From an uncultured Lachnospiraceae bacterium (GTDB lineage Bacteria; Bacillota; Clostridia; Oscillospirales; CAG-272), in the NCBI GenBank assembly GCA_964653575.1, contig CAZZFP010000001.1, positions 36,600-100,599 of the forward strand: a DNA stretch of 64,000 bases. Reading direction: 5' to 3'. Every line of letters begins with the position of its first letter. Within the stretch, counting starts at the first letter, position 1. Below are positions 34,676 to 44,732 of the stretch, piece by piece. A program made the translations under genes and the position numbers. The notes beneath the pieces are model-generated. The model saw only the letters and a list, made by a program, of their open reading frames with translations. It did not search any database and was not told the origin of the DNA.

Positions 34676-36871
34676 TCAGCTTATGGAACGCGGATCTATC
34701 CTGAAAAGCTCTGTTATCTCGGCGTAAAGCTCGGGGTATTTTCCGAGCGAGGGATCTTCTTCTATGAGTTGCTTTGCGTCGTTTACGGCACTCTCAAAAA
34801 GTCCCGTATCGTCACACATATCGGCAAGTTTAAGTTTAATCCCGCCGCTCTGCCTTATTTCAGACCCGGAGGCATTTGCCAAGAAATCGCCGGGACCGCG
34901 AAGGCTGAGATCCTTTTCGGCTATAACGTAGCCGTCATAGATGTTTTTCATTGTGTTCAAGCGTTCGGAAGCCGTCGAAGGCGCCGCTCCGTTCGCCCGC
35001 TCTTCTCCGTTAACGAGAATGCAGTATGACTTACGCTTGCCGCGTCCGACTCTGCCTCTGAGCTGATGCAATTGCGAAAGTCCGAAGCGCTCGGCGTTTT
35101 CGACTATCATAAGGCAAGCGTTCGGAACATTGACTCCGACCTCGATCACAGTGGTCGAGACCAAAACTTGAATATCTCCGTTTGAAAACGACTTCATTAT
35201 CAAGTCCTTCTCCGTGCCCTTCATCTTTCCGTGAACGAACGCCACGGAAATTCCGCAAAGCTCCTCGGCAAGCTCGGAAGCAAATTGTACCGCCGACTTC
35301 ATTTTAGGCTTTTTGTGTCCATTTTGAAACACAGAAATATCCTCAAAAGAAATCTCATCATCCGCCGCCTCGTCCTCGCTGTCAACAGCGGGGCAAACGA
35401 CATAAGCCTGTCCGCCCTCGCCCACGAGCTTACGGATAAACGCGTTAAGGCGAGCTCTGTAACTTTCATCCACCACGAATGTATCGACCCGTTGCCTTCC
35501 GGGAGGCATATCTGATATCTTTGAGATATCGAGATCTCCGTACATAACAAGTGCCAACGACCGTGGAATGGGTGTCGCGCTCATAACCAAAAGATGCGCG
35601 CCGTCGTTTTTATCGGACAGCGCCGCCCTTTGTCGAACGCCAAATCTGTGCTGTTCGTCGGTGACGACTATCCCGGGACGGGCGAACTCCACGCCGTCCG
35701 AAAGAAGTGCCTGTGTTCCTATAACCACATCTATTCTTTCTTTTGAATCCGAGCAAGCGAGTCCTGCGTATATTCTTCTCTTGTTTGCAGGCGTCACCGC
35801 CCCCGTCAGAAGCTCACATCTTATTCCGAGCTTTGCAAAGAGGCAAGACAGATCGCTGTAATGTTGATTTGCGAGTATCTCGGTAGGCACCATAAGCGCC
35901 GCCTGTCTGCCGTTTTTAACGGCTATGTACATAGCCGCCGCGGCACAGACCGTCTTGCCGCATCCGACGTCTCCGACAACAATACGGCTCATTTTATAAG
36001 GAGAGGACATATCCTTTTTTATGGCTTCTATCGCAGACCGCTGACCGTTGGTAAGGCTAAATTCAAGTAAAGACTCAAGCTCCGACGTATCCGTATCCGC
36101 GCAAGCAAAGGCAGGCTCACGTTCGTGCTTTTCGTGCGTCATCCTCATACCGAGTGCGAAGGTCAACAGCTCGTCGTACATAAGACGTCGTTTCGCCTTG
36201 GCAAGCGACTCATAAGAATCGGGAGAATGTATGGTTTTTAACGCATACATAAGCGTCGGAAGACCGTTTTTTATCATCAATTCATCGGGAAGCGTATCCT
36301 TGAGAGAAAGCGACGCCATAGAAAGCGCACTCTTTATATCCTTTTGAATTTGAGTACCGCCAAGTCCCTCCGTAAGTCGATAAACGGGATAAAGCTCAGG
36401 CAGAGGAGTCATTTCATCATACGGCTCAGCCACGGGACTCGCCATAAAAAAAGCTCTTCCCTTTTTTTCTACCTTTCCCCAAAATCTGAAGGTCTCACCG
36501 GGGACAAATTTGTCTGCATAATACGGCTGATTGAAATATGTTATCTCGCAGCTGTCAGCCCCATCAAAAGCACGGAATTTGGTAAGATACATCCGTCCTC
36601 GAATTCTGGCTGTCCTCGGCACGGTCGCAACAGTCAATATGACCGAGCACCTGACGTCGGTGGGCGCCGTATTTAACGTGACTATATGCCCTCGATTTTC
36701 ATATGCCCTTGGAAAATGACGCAAAAGATCCCAGACCGTGTATATGCCAAGCTTTGCATACTGCGAGGCTCTGACTTTGCCGACACCGTGAAGCGTACTT
36801 ATCGACGCCGAATATATATCGGGCGAATATGTATCCTGCACGGTCCTCACCGCCTTTCCCCAAAATATCAA
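34676..36871 (-). CDS. recG: ATP-dependent DNA helicase RecG
   Basis: It has a wedge domain and helicase motifs: motif I GDVGCGKT, motif II VVTDEQHRFGV, MSATPIPR, motif VI QLHQLRGRVGRG. Confidence 0.92.
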   Translation of the reverse strand: MIFWGKAVRTVQDTYSPDIYSASISTLHGVGKVRASQYAKLGIYTVWDLLRHFPRAYENRGHIVTLNTAPTDVRCSVILTVATVPRTARIRGRMYLTKFRAFDGADSCEITYFNQPYYADKFVPGETFRFWGKVEKKGRAFFMASPVAEPYDEMTPLPELYPVYRLTEGLGGTQIQKDIKSALSMASLSLKDTLPDELMIKNGLPTLMYALKTIHSPDSYESLAKAKRRLMYDELLTFALGMRMTHEKHEREPAFACADTDTSELESLLEFSLTNGQRSAIEAIKKDMSSPYKMSRIVVGDVGCGKTVCAAAAMYIAVKNGRQAALMVPTEILANQHYSDLSCLFAKLGIRCELLTGAVTPANKRRIYAGLACSDSKERIDVVIGTQALLSDGVEFARPGIVVTDEQHRFGVRQRAALSDKNDGAHLLVMSATPIPRSLALVMYGDLDISKISDMPPGRQRVDTFVVDESYRARLNAFIRKLVGEGGQAYVVCPAVDSEDEAADDEISFEDISVFQNGHKKPKMKSAVQFASELAEELCGISVAFVHGKMKGTEKDLIMKSFSNGDIQVLVSTTVIEVGVNVPNACLMIVENAERFGLSQLHQLRGRVGRGKRKSYCILVNGEERANGAAPSTASERLNTMKNIYDGYVIAEKDLSLRGPGDFLANASGSEIRQSGGIKLKLADMCDDTGLFESAVNDAKQLIEEDPSLGKYPELYAEITELFRIDPRSIS

Positions 36872-36977
36872 CAGTAGGCAAGCTGAATTTCAAGACAAGT
36901 ATATCACAAATCCGCTTCTTTTGCAAGTGCCTAAAATGGGAATTTGCACGAATTTCGGCTATTTTTTAAGCTCTCTC

Positions 36978-37006
36978 TTGACATTGAGAAATAATCACAG
37001 TATAAT
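36978..37006 (+). promoter_or_regulatory. sigma-A-type promoter of pepF
   Basis: TTGACA (36978-36983), a 17-nt spacer, then TATAAT (37001-37006). Confidence 0.6.
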
Positions 37007-37073
37007 AATTACAATTAATTCGGGGTATCTTTAATTCCCCGCAATTCTTGAAAAACGCAAAGGAGACAAAAAT

Positions 37074-38861
37074 ATGGAACTCAAGAGCAGAAACGAGATG
37101 GATCCCAAATATATGTGGGACCTGTCACAGATGTACGCAAGCATTGAAGAATACGAAAAAGCATTTGATGAAGTTGAGAAAAATGTACCGCGCATTCAGT
37201 CGATTATGGGAACACTCGGCGCATCGGCAGAATCTCTCAAAAACGGTCTTGACACATTATACTCCGTGCTTGAAAAAGCCGAGCCTGTCTACATTTATAC
37301 TATGCTGAGAAAATCCGGAGACAGCAGCGATCCGGAAAACCTTGAACTCAACGGAAAGGCTATGAGACTTCTCGTAACTATCAGATCGATGACATCATTC
37401 ATCGAACCCGAAATACTTGCTATACCCGAGGATAAGATAGCTGAATACCTCAAGGATCCGTCACTTGAAAAGTATCGTTTTATGATCGAAAACATTCTCA
37501 GAGGTCGTACTCATATTCTCGACGCAGAAAAAGAGAAAATGCTCGCTATGCTTATGGACGTTTCGAACGCCCCGAGCGACGCTTTCGATATGCTTACGAA
37601 TGTTGATATGGAATTCCCCGTTATTGAGGACGAAAGCGGAAACGAAGTAAGACTCACAAACGGTAATTTTTCGGTATACAGAGCAAGTACCGATCGCAAA
37701 GTAAGAGAAGACGCATTTAACGGTTATTTCGGAACTCATAAGAAATATATCAACACGCTCGCAGAGCTTTATGCCGGCTCGGTAAAGTTTGATACTTATT
37801 TTGCCGACGTACACAATTTTGCTTCCGCACGCGAGCGCGCTCTCTTCGCAAGCAACGCTCCTCTCTCGGTCTACGATAGCCTCATCGAAGCAATACACTC
37901 GGCACTTCCCACTATGAGACGATATCTCGAGCTTCGCAAAAAGCTGCTCGGGCTTGAAAAGATAGATATGTTCGACCTTTATACACCTATTATAGATGAT
38001 GTCGATTATCCTATGCCCTACGAAGAGGGCAAAAAGCTCGTCAAGGAAGCGCTCAAACCGCTCGGAGAGGAATACGGCAAGCTGCTTGACAAGGCATATG
38101 AAAACGGCTGGATAGACGTTTACGAAAACAAAGGCAAACGTTCCGGCGCGTTCTCCTGCGGCGTATACGGTACGCACCCCTATGTAATGCTTAACTATAC
38201 CGACACTCTCGATGATGCCTTCACACTCGCTCACGAGCTCGGTCACGCTATGCACTCCTACAAGTCCTCACAAGCTCAGGAGTACGTAAACAGCGATTAT
38301 ACGATAATGGTCGCAGAGGTCGCATCAACCGTAAACGAAGTCTTTATGACAAAGCATCTGCTTAAGACCGAGACGGATAAAAAACGCCGCGCATTCATTC
38401 TCAACAACTTTCTTGAAGGCTTCCGCACGACGGTATTCAGACAAACACTGTTTGCGGAGTTTGAGAAGGAATCTCACGAAATGTACAAAAACGGCGTAAC
38501 ACTTACCGCAAAGTCTCTCAGCGATACTTATCACGCGCTTATAAGCAAATATTATGAGGGCGCGGAGATACCCGAGGTTATGTCGTATGAGTGGTCATAT
38601 ATTCCGCATTTCTACAACGCATTTTACGTATATCAGTACGCAACAGGCTTCTGCTCCGCAGTCGCCATCGCTTCAAAGATACTTGAAACGGGAGATACAT
38701 CGGGATATCTCAAGTTCTTGACCCTCGGAGGAAGCGATCATCCTATTGAGGAGCTTAAAGTCGCGGGAATTGATCTTACAAAGCCCGACGCCGTAGCAAA
38801 TGCGATGAAAGTGTTTGAAGATACGGTAACCGAGCTTGAAACGCTTGTCGCAGATATTTAA
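37074..38861 (+). CDS. pepF: oligoendopeptidase F (M3B)
   Basis: Zinc motif HELGHAMH. 595 aa, typical PepF length and N-terminal region. Confidence 0.9.
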   Translation: MELKSRNEMDPKYMWDLSQMYASIEEYEKAFDEVEKNVPRIQSIMGTLGASAESLKNGLDTLYSVLEKAEPVYIYTMLRKSGDSSDPENLELNGKAMRLLVTIRSMTSFIEPEILAIPEDKIAEYLKDPSLEKYRFMIENILRGRTHILDAEKEKMLAMLMDVSNAPSDAFDMLTNVDMEFPVIEDESGNEVRLTNGNFSVYRASTDRKVREDAFNGYFGTHKKYINTLAELYAGSVKFDTYFADVHNFASARERALFASNAPLSVYDSLIEAIHSALPTMRRYLELRKKLLGLEKIDMFDLYTPIIDDVDYPMPYEEGKKLVKEALKPLGEEYGKLLDKAYENGWIDVYENKGKRSGAFSCGVYGTHPYVMLNYTDTLDDAFTLAHELGHAMHSYKSSQAQEYVNSDYTIMVAEVASTVNEVFMTKHLLKTETDKKRRAFILNNFLEGFRTTVFRQTLFAEFEKESHEMYKNGVTLTAKSLSDTYHALISKYYEGAEIPEVMSYEWSYIPHFYNAFYVYQYATGFCSAVAIASKILETGDTSGYLKFLTLGGSDHPIEELKVAGIDLTKPDAVANAMKVFEDTVTELETLVADI

Positions 38862-38881
38862 GGAAAGATAAACAAACAGCA

Positions 38882-38953
38882 ACGGACTGCCATTGCACGA
38901 TGTGCCCCCTATCTACTCGAAAGGGGGCACATCGCTATGTTTTGACAGTCCGT
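38882..38953. terminator. nested double hairpin, bidirectional terminator
   Basis: The outer arms are ACGGACTG (38882-38889) / CAGTCCGT (38946-38953), followed by TTTT. The inner 13-bp arms are CGATGTGCCCCCT (38898-38910) / AGGGGGCACATCG (38922-38934). Confidence 0.6.
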
Positions 38954-38965
38954 TTTTGCTGTAAA

Positions 38966-40318
38966 TTATACTTTTTCCTGCTCTTCGACGGCGACCTTTT
39001 CGAGCACGGTCACCTCGTTTATCTCCGCGCGATGCTCGTTTATCTTAAGCACCTCTATATGCAGATCTTCGGTATCAACGCTTATCGTCGTGCCGTCATC
39101 GGGGACGGTTCCGTAAATGCCGAAGACATAACCGCCGAAGGTATCAAATTCATCGGCAGGAAGCTTGACTCCGATTGTCTCCGACACCTCGTCGAGCTCG
39201 GCGGAGCCGAGTATTCTGAAACGACGATCGCCGAGCTTTTTGATCTCTTCATCTTCAACGATCTCGCCGTCCTCTGTGTCATCGTCCGGGAAGTCGCCGA
39301 CGATCTGCTCTATAAGATTCGTAAGAGTGACGATACCGCTCATTCCGCCGTATTCATCAAGTGCCACAGCGAAATAGTTGCCCGTTTTCTTCATCTGTTC
39401 AAAAAGCACATCGGCACTCAATGTCTCCGGTACAAAGTAAGGGGATCTTACCGCGCCTTCGATAATGGCTTCCTTGGTCGAGCGATCCTTGAGTCTGAAA
39501 TAATCGTTAGCGTAAAGCACACCCGTAACATCATCCACCGTTTCACCGCATATGGGGTAGCAAGCATGAGGATTTTCACATATTGTTTCGTGCCATACAT
39601 CGACACCGTCCTCTTCATAGAGGTAAACGATATCCGTCCTGTGCGTCAAGAATTTATCTATCGTAAGATCATCAAATTCAAATACGTTCTGAATCATTTC
39701 CTTTTCGGAATCATCGATAACTCCCTTTTCGCTTCCGACATCTACCATCATACGAATATCCTGCTCGGTAACCTCCTCGTCATCCGCGTTGGGATCGATC
39801 CCCATAAGACGGAGCACACCGTTCGTCGAAACAGTAAGGAGCCAAACTATGGGAGCAAAGAGAACGGAAACAAATGAGATGAGTCCGGATACACCGAGCG
39901 CTATACTCTCTGCCTTTTTCATAGCCACACGCTTGGGAACAAGCTCGCCGAATACAAGCGTTATGTATGAAAGTATTATCGTGATTAGCACAACGCATAT
40001 AGTGTTGAGCACGGAGTCCGATATCGGAATGTTAAGCTTTTTGAGCGGGATCATAAGCAGATCCGCAAAGTTTTGTGACGCAAACGCACTTCCGAGAAAT
40101 CCCGAAAGAGTTATCGCCACTTGTATGGTTGAAAGAAAGCGCGCGGGCTTATTTTTAAGCTTTGCAAGTCTTATCGCCTTCTTGTTTCCCTCTGCCGCAA
40201 GCTTGGCAAGCTTTGCATCATTGACAGAAATGACTGCGATCTCTATACAAGCAAATATCGCATTTATCGCTATAAGTATAAGCTGAAGAAGTATTTGTCC
40301 TATAATATCTGTGTTCAT
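38966..40318 (-). CDS. CNNM/HlyC-CorC family protein (DUF21 + CBS pair + CorC_HlyC)
   Basis: The N-terminus is a four-TM DUF21 domain. A CBS pair follows. The C-terminal transporter-associated domain reads (FDTFGGYVFGIYG.VP.DG). Confidence 0.85.
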   Translation of the reverse strand: MNTDIIGQILLQLILIAINAIFACIEIAVISVNDAKLAKLAAEGNKKAIRLAKLKNKPARFLSTIQVAITLSGFLGSAFASQNFADLLMIPLKKLNIPISDSVLNTICVVLITIILSYITLVFGELVPKRVAMKKAESIALGVSGLISFVSVLFAPIVWLLTVSTNGVLRLMGIDPNADDEEVTEQDIRMMVDVGSEKGVIDDSEKEMIQNVFEFDDLTIDKFLTHRTDIVYLYEEDGVDVWHETICENPHACYPICGETVDDVTGVLYANDYFRLKDRSTKEAIIEGAVRSPYFVPETLSADVLFEQMKKTGNYFAVALDEYGGMSGIVTLTNLIEQIVGDFPDDDTEDGEIVEDEEIKKLGDRRFRILGSAELDEVSETIGVKLPADEFDTFGGYVFGIYGTVPDDGTTISVDTEDLHIEVLKINEHRAEINEVTVLEKVAVEEQEKV

Positions 40319-40591
40319 TTTACTGTTAAAAATTCCTTTCCCTATAATTCTTTAAAATCTCGATCAGCCGAGATCGGTCTGAAAATAAGTGCAAAAAAAC
40401 CGCTCTGTACGATATCGGCTCAAAAAGACAAGCTGAAAGCCGAGGACCGCAGAACGCGCAATGTCAGCATATTAAAATTTTGTACTTGCTCGATTTTAAA
40501 GAATCGCAGGTGACCATACTGCATCGATCAGTGTCACTTGTGTCTGATTCCATAATAGATATTTATCCACCTTTCTTGAATGATTGCCACG

Positions 40592-40620
40592 ATTATATCA
40601 TAACTTTTTGTTTTTGTCAA
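40592..40620 (-). promoter_or_regulatory. sigma-A-type promoter about 270 nt upstream of the CNNM gene
   Basis: On the minus strand: TTGACA (40620-40615), a 17-nt spacer, then TATAAT (40597-40592). Confidence 0.55.
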
Positions 40621-40763
40621 TAGAAAATAGCAAAATATCGATATTTCACAAAAAATTTCGTTGTCAGATTGTCGCGCGACACTTAAATATATGCCGCAAC
40701 GCATATTTTATTACCTTGACGTTATCACCGACGGATCAATTTCAACATTTTTATATTTACCTG

Positions 40764-40792
40764 TTGAAAAAAGTCTCGGCTGATGTTATAAT
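40764..40792 (+). promoter_or_regulatory. sigma-A-type promoter of hprK
   Basis: TTGAAA (40764-40769), a 17-nt spacer, then TATAAT (40787-40792). Confidence 0.55.
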
Positions 40793-40854
40793 AGGATAGG
40801 TAGATGTTTATATGGGTAAAAACCCCACCAAAAAGCAGAAAGGAACGTGCGTTT

Positions 40855-41790
40855 ATGGAACTTAATTACAGTATTCCTCTTTCAAAAGTGGCGGATCATT
40901 TCAATCTTGAAAAAATATGTATTCCCGACAATTATGCCGAAATAATGGTAAACACCCCAGAGGTAAACCGTCCGGGGTTGGCGCTTACGGGCTATTACGA
41001 ACTCTTTGATCCGTCGCGCATACAGATGATAGGCAAAGCCGAGCACAGATATCTTAAGGAATGTGACACCGAAACACGCACAAAAAGAATACGTACCTTC
41101 ATAGACTACCGTCCCGTTGCCGTTATCGTAACGACAGGTCTTGACATTTTTGATGAGCTTTCCGCAGAAGCAAAAAAGGTAGGTGTTCCTTTGTTCAGAA
41201 CAGCACAGACTACAAGCCCTATGATGGCTGCACTCATCGCATTTTTAAATGTTGAGCTCGCACCCCGGGTCACGCGCCACGGTGTGCTTGTTGAGGTCTA
41301 CGGTGAGGGATTGCTCTTGCTCGGAGACAGCGGAGTCGGAAAGAGCGAGACGGCTATCGAGCTTGTCAAGCGCGGACATAGGCTTATCGCTGATGACGCG
41401 GTTGAGATCAAAAAGGTCTCCGCCATCACCTTAGTCGGAAGTGCGCCCGAGATTATCCGTCACTATATCGAGCTTCGCGGCATCGGAATAATAGATGTGC
41501 GTCGTCTTTTCGGTATGGGCGCAGTAAAAGACACTCAAAGCATCGATCTTGTTATAAATTTAGAGAATTGGATACAAGGAAAGATGTATGACAGACTCGG
41601 AATAGACGAGGAGACGATAAGTATTTTGGATATCGACGTTCCCGCTATAACTATCCCCGTCAAGCCGGGACGAAATCTTGCGATAATAATTGAGATTGCG
41701 GCAATGAACAACCGTCTGAAAAAGACAGGCTACAACACCGCCGAGGAGTTCAACCGCAAATTGATGGCACAAATGGGACTTGACGTCTGA
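40855..41790 (+). CDS. hprK: HPr kinase/phosphorylase
   Basis: P-loop GDSGVGKSETAIELVKRGHRLIADD and the signature IELRGIGIIDV. The start Met at 40855 has an AGGAA RBS upstream. Confidence 0.92.
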   Translation: MELNYSIPLSKVADHFNLEKICIPDNYAEIMVNTPEVNRPGLALTGYYELFDPSRIQMIGKAEHRYLKECDTETRTKRIRTFIDYRPVAVIVTTGLDIFDELSAEAKKVGVPLFRTAQTTSPMMAALIAFLNVELAPRVTRHGVLVEVYGEGLLLLGDSGVGKSETAIELVKRGHRLIADDAVEIKKVSAITLVGSAPEIIRHYIELRGIGIIDVRRLFGMGAVKDTQSIDLVINLENWIQGKMYDRLGIDEETISILDIDVPAITIPVKPGRNLAIIIEIAAMNNRLKKTGYNTAEEFNRKLMAQMGLDV

Positions 41791-41799
41791 GGTTCGCTT

Positions 41800-42492
41800 A
41801 TGGGTATCCGTTTCAAGCTCCTTCCGTTTGTCCCGAGAGAATGTGTCCTCTTTATAGCGTCGGCAGATAATATTTACGATGAAAGGCTTTGCGACGATAT
41901 ACCGCCTTTAAAAATAGTCGGCGCCGACGATCACATAAAAAGATACAAAAAGATCGCCGACCGAAACCGCTCGGCACTCGGCTTTGCGGCACTTCAAAAG
42001 TGTCTCGAATATTTTGATATCACCCCAAGCACCGCAAGTCTTTTCGTGCTTGACGGCGGCAAGCCCGTGCTGAATGTCGGAATAGAGTTCAACATATCAC
42101 ATTCCGACAATGTTGCCGTGTGCGTCGCGCACCGCAAATTGGCGGTCGGCGTTGACATCGAACGGATAGAATATAAAGATCCCGGTATGGAAACGCGCCG
42201 CAGGATCGCAAAACGATTTTTTTCGGACAATGAGCAACGAAGGATAGCGGAATGTGACTCTCCCGAGGTGGAATTTACACGTATATGGACTCTGCGCGAG
42301 GCGGTGGGCAAATATTTCGGCGTCGGATTTTTTCAGGGAGATATCGAAAAATACACATTCGAAAATCGATTTATGCTGAGGCATCTCTATCTGTCGTCGG
42401 ACTCGGAAGCAATATGCGAAAATTTATTTGACGGCGCGTCATATGTATTGACGCTGTGCGTCGGAACGGAGAACGGAGATCGTGACAAATAG
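41800..42492 (+). CDS. 4'-phosphopantetheinyl transferase (Sfp type)
   Basis: FNISHSDN.VAV, VGVDIE and W(T)LREAVGK motifs. Confidence 0.8.
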   Translation: MGIRFKLLPFVPRECVLFIASADNIYDERLCDDIPPLKIVGADDHIKRYKKIADRNRSALGFAALQKCLEYFDITPSTASLFVLDGGKPVLNVGIEFNISHSDNVAVCVAHRKLAVGVDIERIEYKDPGMETRRRIAKRFFSDNEQRRIAECDSPEVEFTRIWTLREAVGKYFGVGFFQGDIEKYTFENRFMLRHLYLSSDSEAICENLFDGASYVLTLCVGTENGDRDK

Positions 42493-43180
42493 CAAAACTC
42501 TTTTCAAAAGCAAAAAAGCACTTTACATCGTAACCTCGGTCGTGTGCGCCTGCATACTTATGGCACTGGTCGATGGTCTGTGGCAACCCGGCTATCTCAT
42601 AAAATCCATATGTAAGGTTATGCTGTTCCTCGGCGTAATGCTAATCTTCGCACTGATCCACAAAAATGAGCTGAATGGTATAAAGAAAATATTCATTCCC
42701 TCAAAAAAAGGCGTGCTCGTTTCCCTTTTACTCGGAGTCGGAGTTTTTACCGTTATTCTCGGTGCATATTTTACATTGCGTGGCTTTTACGATTTTTCCT
42801 CGATCGCGGGACTTATTGAGGACATAGGGGTCAACGGCAACAACTTCGTTTATGTTGCGATATACATTTCCTTTATGAATTCTTTTCTTGAAGAAGTATT
42901 CTTCCGCGGATTTGCTTTTCTAATTCTGAAAAAACATTCAAGCCGTGCTTTCGCATACATTTTCAGCGCTCTTTCATTTGCCGCGTATCACGTCGCGATA
43001 ATGAACGGGTGGTTCAATATTCCCCTGTTTTTGCTCGCTATGCTCGGACTTTTCGCGGGTGGAATAATATTTAATTTTCTCAACGAAAAGTTCAACTGTA
43101 TCTACCTTTCCTGGACGGTACATATGTTCGCGAATTTCGGGATAAACACGATAGGCTTTATAATTCTGGGGATCATCTGA
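42482..43180 (+). CDS. CPBP-family intramembrane glutamic endopeptidase
   Basis: EEVFFRGF motif 1 and FAAYH motif 2. Polytopic membrane protein. GTG start overlaps the PPTase gene by 11 nt. Confidence 0.8.
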   Translation: MTNSKTLFKSKKALYIVTSVVCACILMALVDGLWQPGYLIKSICKVMLFLGVMLIFALIHKNELNGIKKIFIPSKKGVLVSLLLGVGVFTVILGAYFTLRGFYDFSSIAGLIEDIGVNGNNFVYVAIYISFMNSFLEEVFFRGFAFLILKKHSSRAFAYIFSALSFAAYHVAIMNGWFNIPLFLLAMLGLFAGGIIFNFLNEKFNCIYLSWTVHMFANFGINTIGFIILGII

Positions 43181-43331
43181 TCTTTTTGATAATATCTCCC
43201 GTGCGTTTGGCGTGTTATCCTTGACGGAGAACACGCCGGTTCTATTCGCCTTTGGCGAGTTATATTGCTTCGCAGTGATATTCGCTACGCGAGTTTTAGC
43301 GGCTAATACATAACACTTTTGCATATCAACA

Positions 43332-43361
43332 AAATCACCTGTTTTTTACGGGTGATTTTTT
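43332..43361 (+). terminator. rho-independent terminator
   Basis: AAATCACC-N11-GGTGATTT, running into a T-run. Confidence 0.6.
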
Positions 43362-43400
43362 GATCTTTCGGATTTTTTTCAAAAAGATGTGTTTTCCCTA

Positions 43401-43429
43401 TTGACAGATACGCAGTGCTGTGTTATAAT
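43401..43429 (+). promoter_or_regulatory. sigma-A-type promoter of the GntR/ABC operon
   Basis: TTGACA (43401-43406), a 17-nt spacer, then TATAAT (43424-43429). Confidence 0.6.
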
Positions 43430-43460
43430 ACAAATAGTACAGATGATACAAATATTACAG
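43428..43460 (+). promoter_or_regulatory. tandem 15-nt direct repeat, probable operator
   Basis: ATACAAATAGTACAG (43428-43442) and ATACAAATATTACAG (43446-43460) match at 14 of 15 positions with an 18-nt period. They overlap the -10 and the transcription start region of the YtrA-type repressor operon. Confidence 0.5.
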
Positions 43461-43477
43461 TCAAGGAGGGGTAGCGG

Positions 43478-43867
43478 ATGCGATATAATTTTTCGGGAAA
43501 GCGCGAGCTCTATCTTGAAATCGCCGACAAGTACGAGAGCTACATCACGCTCGGCGTCTTAAAGGTCGGCGACAAGCTGCCGTCAATAAGATCCGCGGCG
43601 ACGGAATTCGGAGTAAACCCGAACACGATGGCGCACGCCTATTCGGCACTTGAAGAACGCGGACTGATACAAAGCATTCCAAAGAAAGGCATTTATGTCA
43701 CCGCAAAAGGCTCGAAAGACGTAAAGGCGGATCCGATCTCGGAGGAATGTATGCGGCTGCTTGCGGCTAACAAAGAACTGCTTTTCACACTCAAGGAAAA
43801 AGGAATAAAAAAGCAGGTCTTATCGGCACAGTTAGAGGAGGTGTTTTCGGAAAATGATCAAAATTAA
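43478..43867 (+). CDS. GntR-family transcriptional regulator (YtrA subfamily, short)
   Basis: The winged HTH reads LPSIRSAATEFGVNPNTMAHAYSALEERGLIQSIPKKGIYV. The short C-terminus (129 aa total) is typical of YtrA. Confidence 0.85.
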   Translation: MRYNFSGKRELYLEIADKYESYITLGVLKVGDKLPSIRSAATEFGVNPNTMAHAYSALEERGLIQSIPKKGIYVTAKGSKDVKADPISEECMRLLAANKELLFTLKEKGIKKQVLSAQLEEVFSENDQN

Positions 43868-44732
43868 CATCAATTATCACACGCTCGGACAGACAACGAT
43901 ACTTACGAACGTCGATCTCGAAATCCCGAGCGGAAAGATCGTCGGACTCGTGGGCACGAACGGCGCAGGCAAAAGCACCCTGCTCCGAATTATGTCGGGC
44001 GTTTATAAAGCCGACGACGGCACGGTAGAATACGACGGAGAGTCGATACTCAAAGAGGAAACAAGGAAAAGAGTCTTCTTCCTGCCCGATGACCCGTATT
44101 TCAATATGCAGACCACAGCGATGAGTATGGTAAAAATGTACCGAGTATTTTATCCGGATTTCGATATGTCGGCATATAAAACACTCGTGGAAAAGTTCGG
44201 CATAAACGAAAAAAAGCCGCTCCGCAACTGTTCAAAAGGAATGCGCAGGCAGATATATATCGCCGTAGCGCTTGCGGTCAAGCCGCAATACCTTTTGCTC
44301 GACGAGGCATTCGACGGACTCGACCCGCTCTCAAGAAAGATCTTTAAGGAAAGCATAATCTCTCTTGTTGAGGAAAACGGAACCACCGTTGTCATCTCAA
44401 GCCACGCGCTCCGCGAAATAGAGGACTTCTGCGACACATACGTATTTATAGATAACAAGACCGTATCAAGCTACGGAGATATGGATCAAAAGATAGCCAA
44501 ATATTCAAAATTTCAGCTCGCCTTCAAGGATGAGATATCCGAGGAGCGTTTTGCGTACCTTCCCGTCGTAAAGCTATCGATCAGCGGAAGATTTGTTACG
44601 CTCGTGCTCGAGGGAGACTCCGAGGAGCTGTTCGCAAGGCTCGGCGAGCTTGAGCCCGCCGTTATAGAGCAGCTTCCAATAGATTTTGAAGAGGTATTCG
44701 TCAACGAAGCGCAGAAAGGAGGCAAACAATGA
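43854..44732 (+). CDS. ABC transporter ATP-binding protein
   Basis: Walker A GTNGAGKST, signature CSKGMRRQ (degenerate), Walker B LLLDEAFDGLD. Confidence 0.88.
   Translation: MIKININYHTLGQTTILTNVDLEIPSGKIVGLVGTNGAGKSTLLRIMSGVYKADDGTVEYDGESILKEETRKRVFFLPDDPYFNMQTTAMSMVKMYRVFYPDFDMSAYKTLVEKFGINEKKPLRNCSKGMRRQIYIAVALAVKPQYLLLDEAFDGLDPLSRKIFKESIISLVEENGTTVVISSHALREIEDFCDTYVFIDNKTVSSYGDMDQKIAKYSKFQLAFKDEISEERFAYLPVVKLSISGRFVTLVLEGDSEELFARLGELEPAVIEQLPIDFEEVFVNEAQKGGKQ

Noticed and set aside
40380-40410. Intrinsic terminator or attenuator call at the T7 run in the CNNM leader
   Set aside because: I could not find a convincing GC-rich stem immediately upstream of the U-run on the minus strand. The element is mentioned only as part of the long-leader observation.
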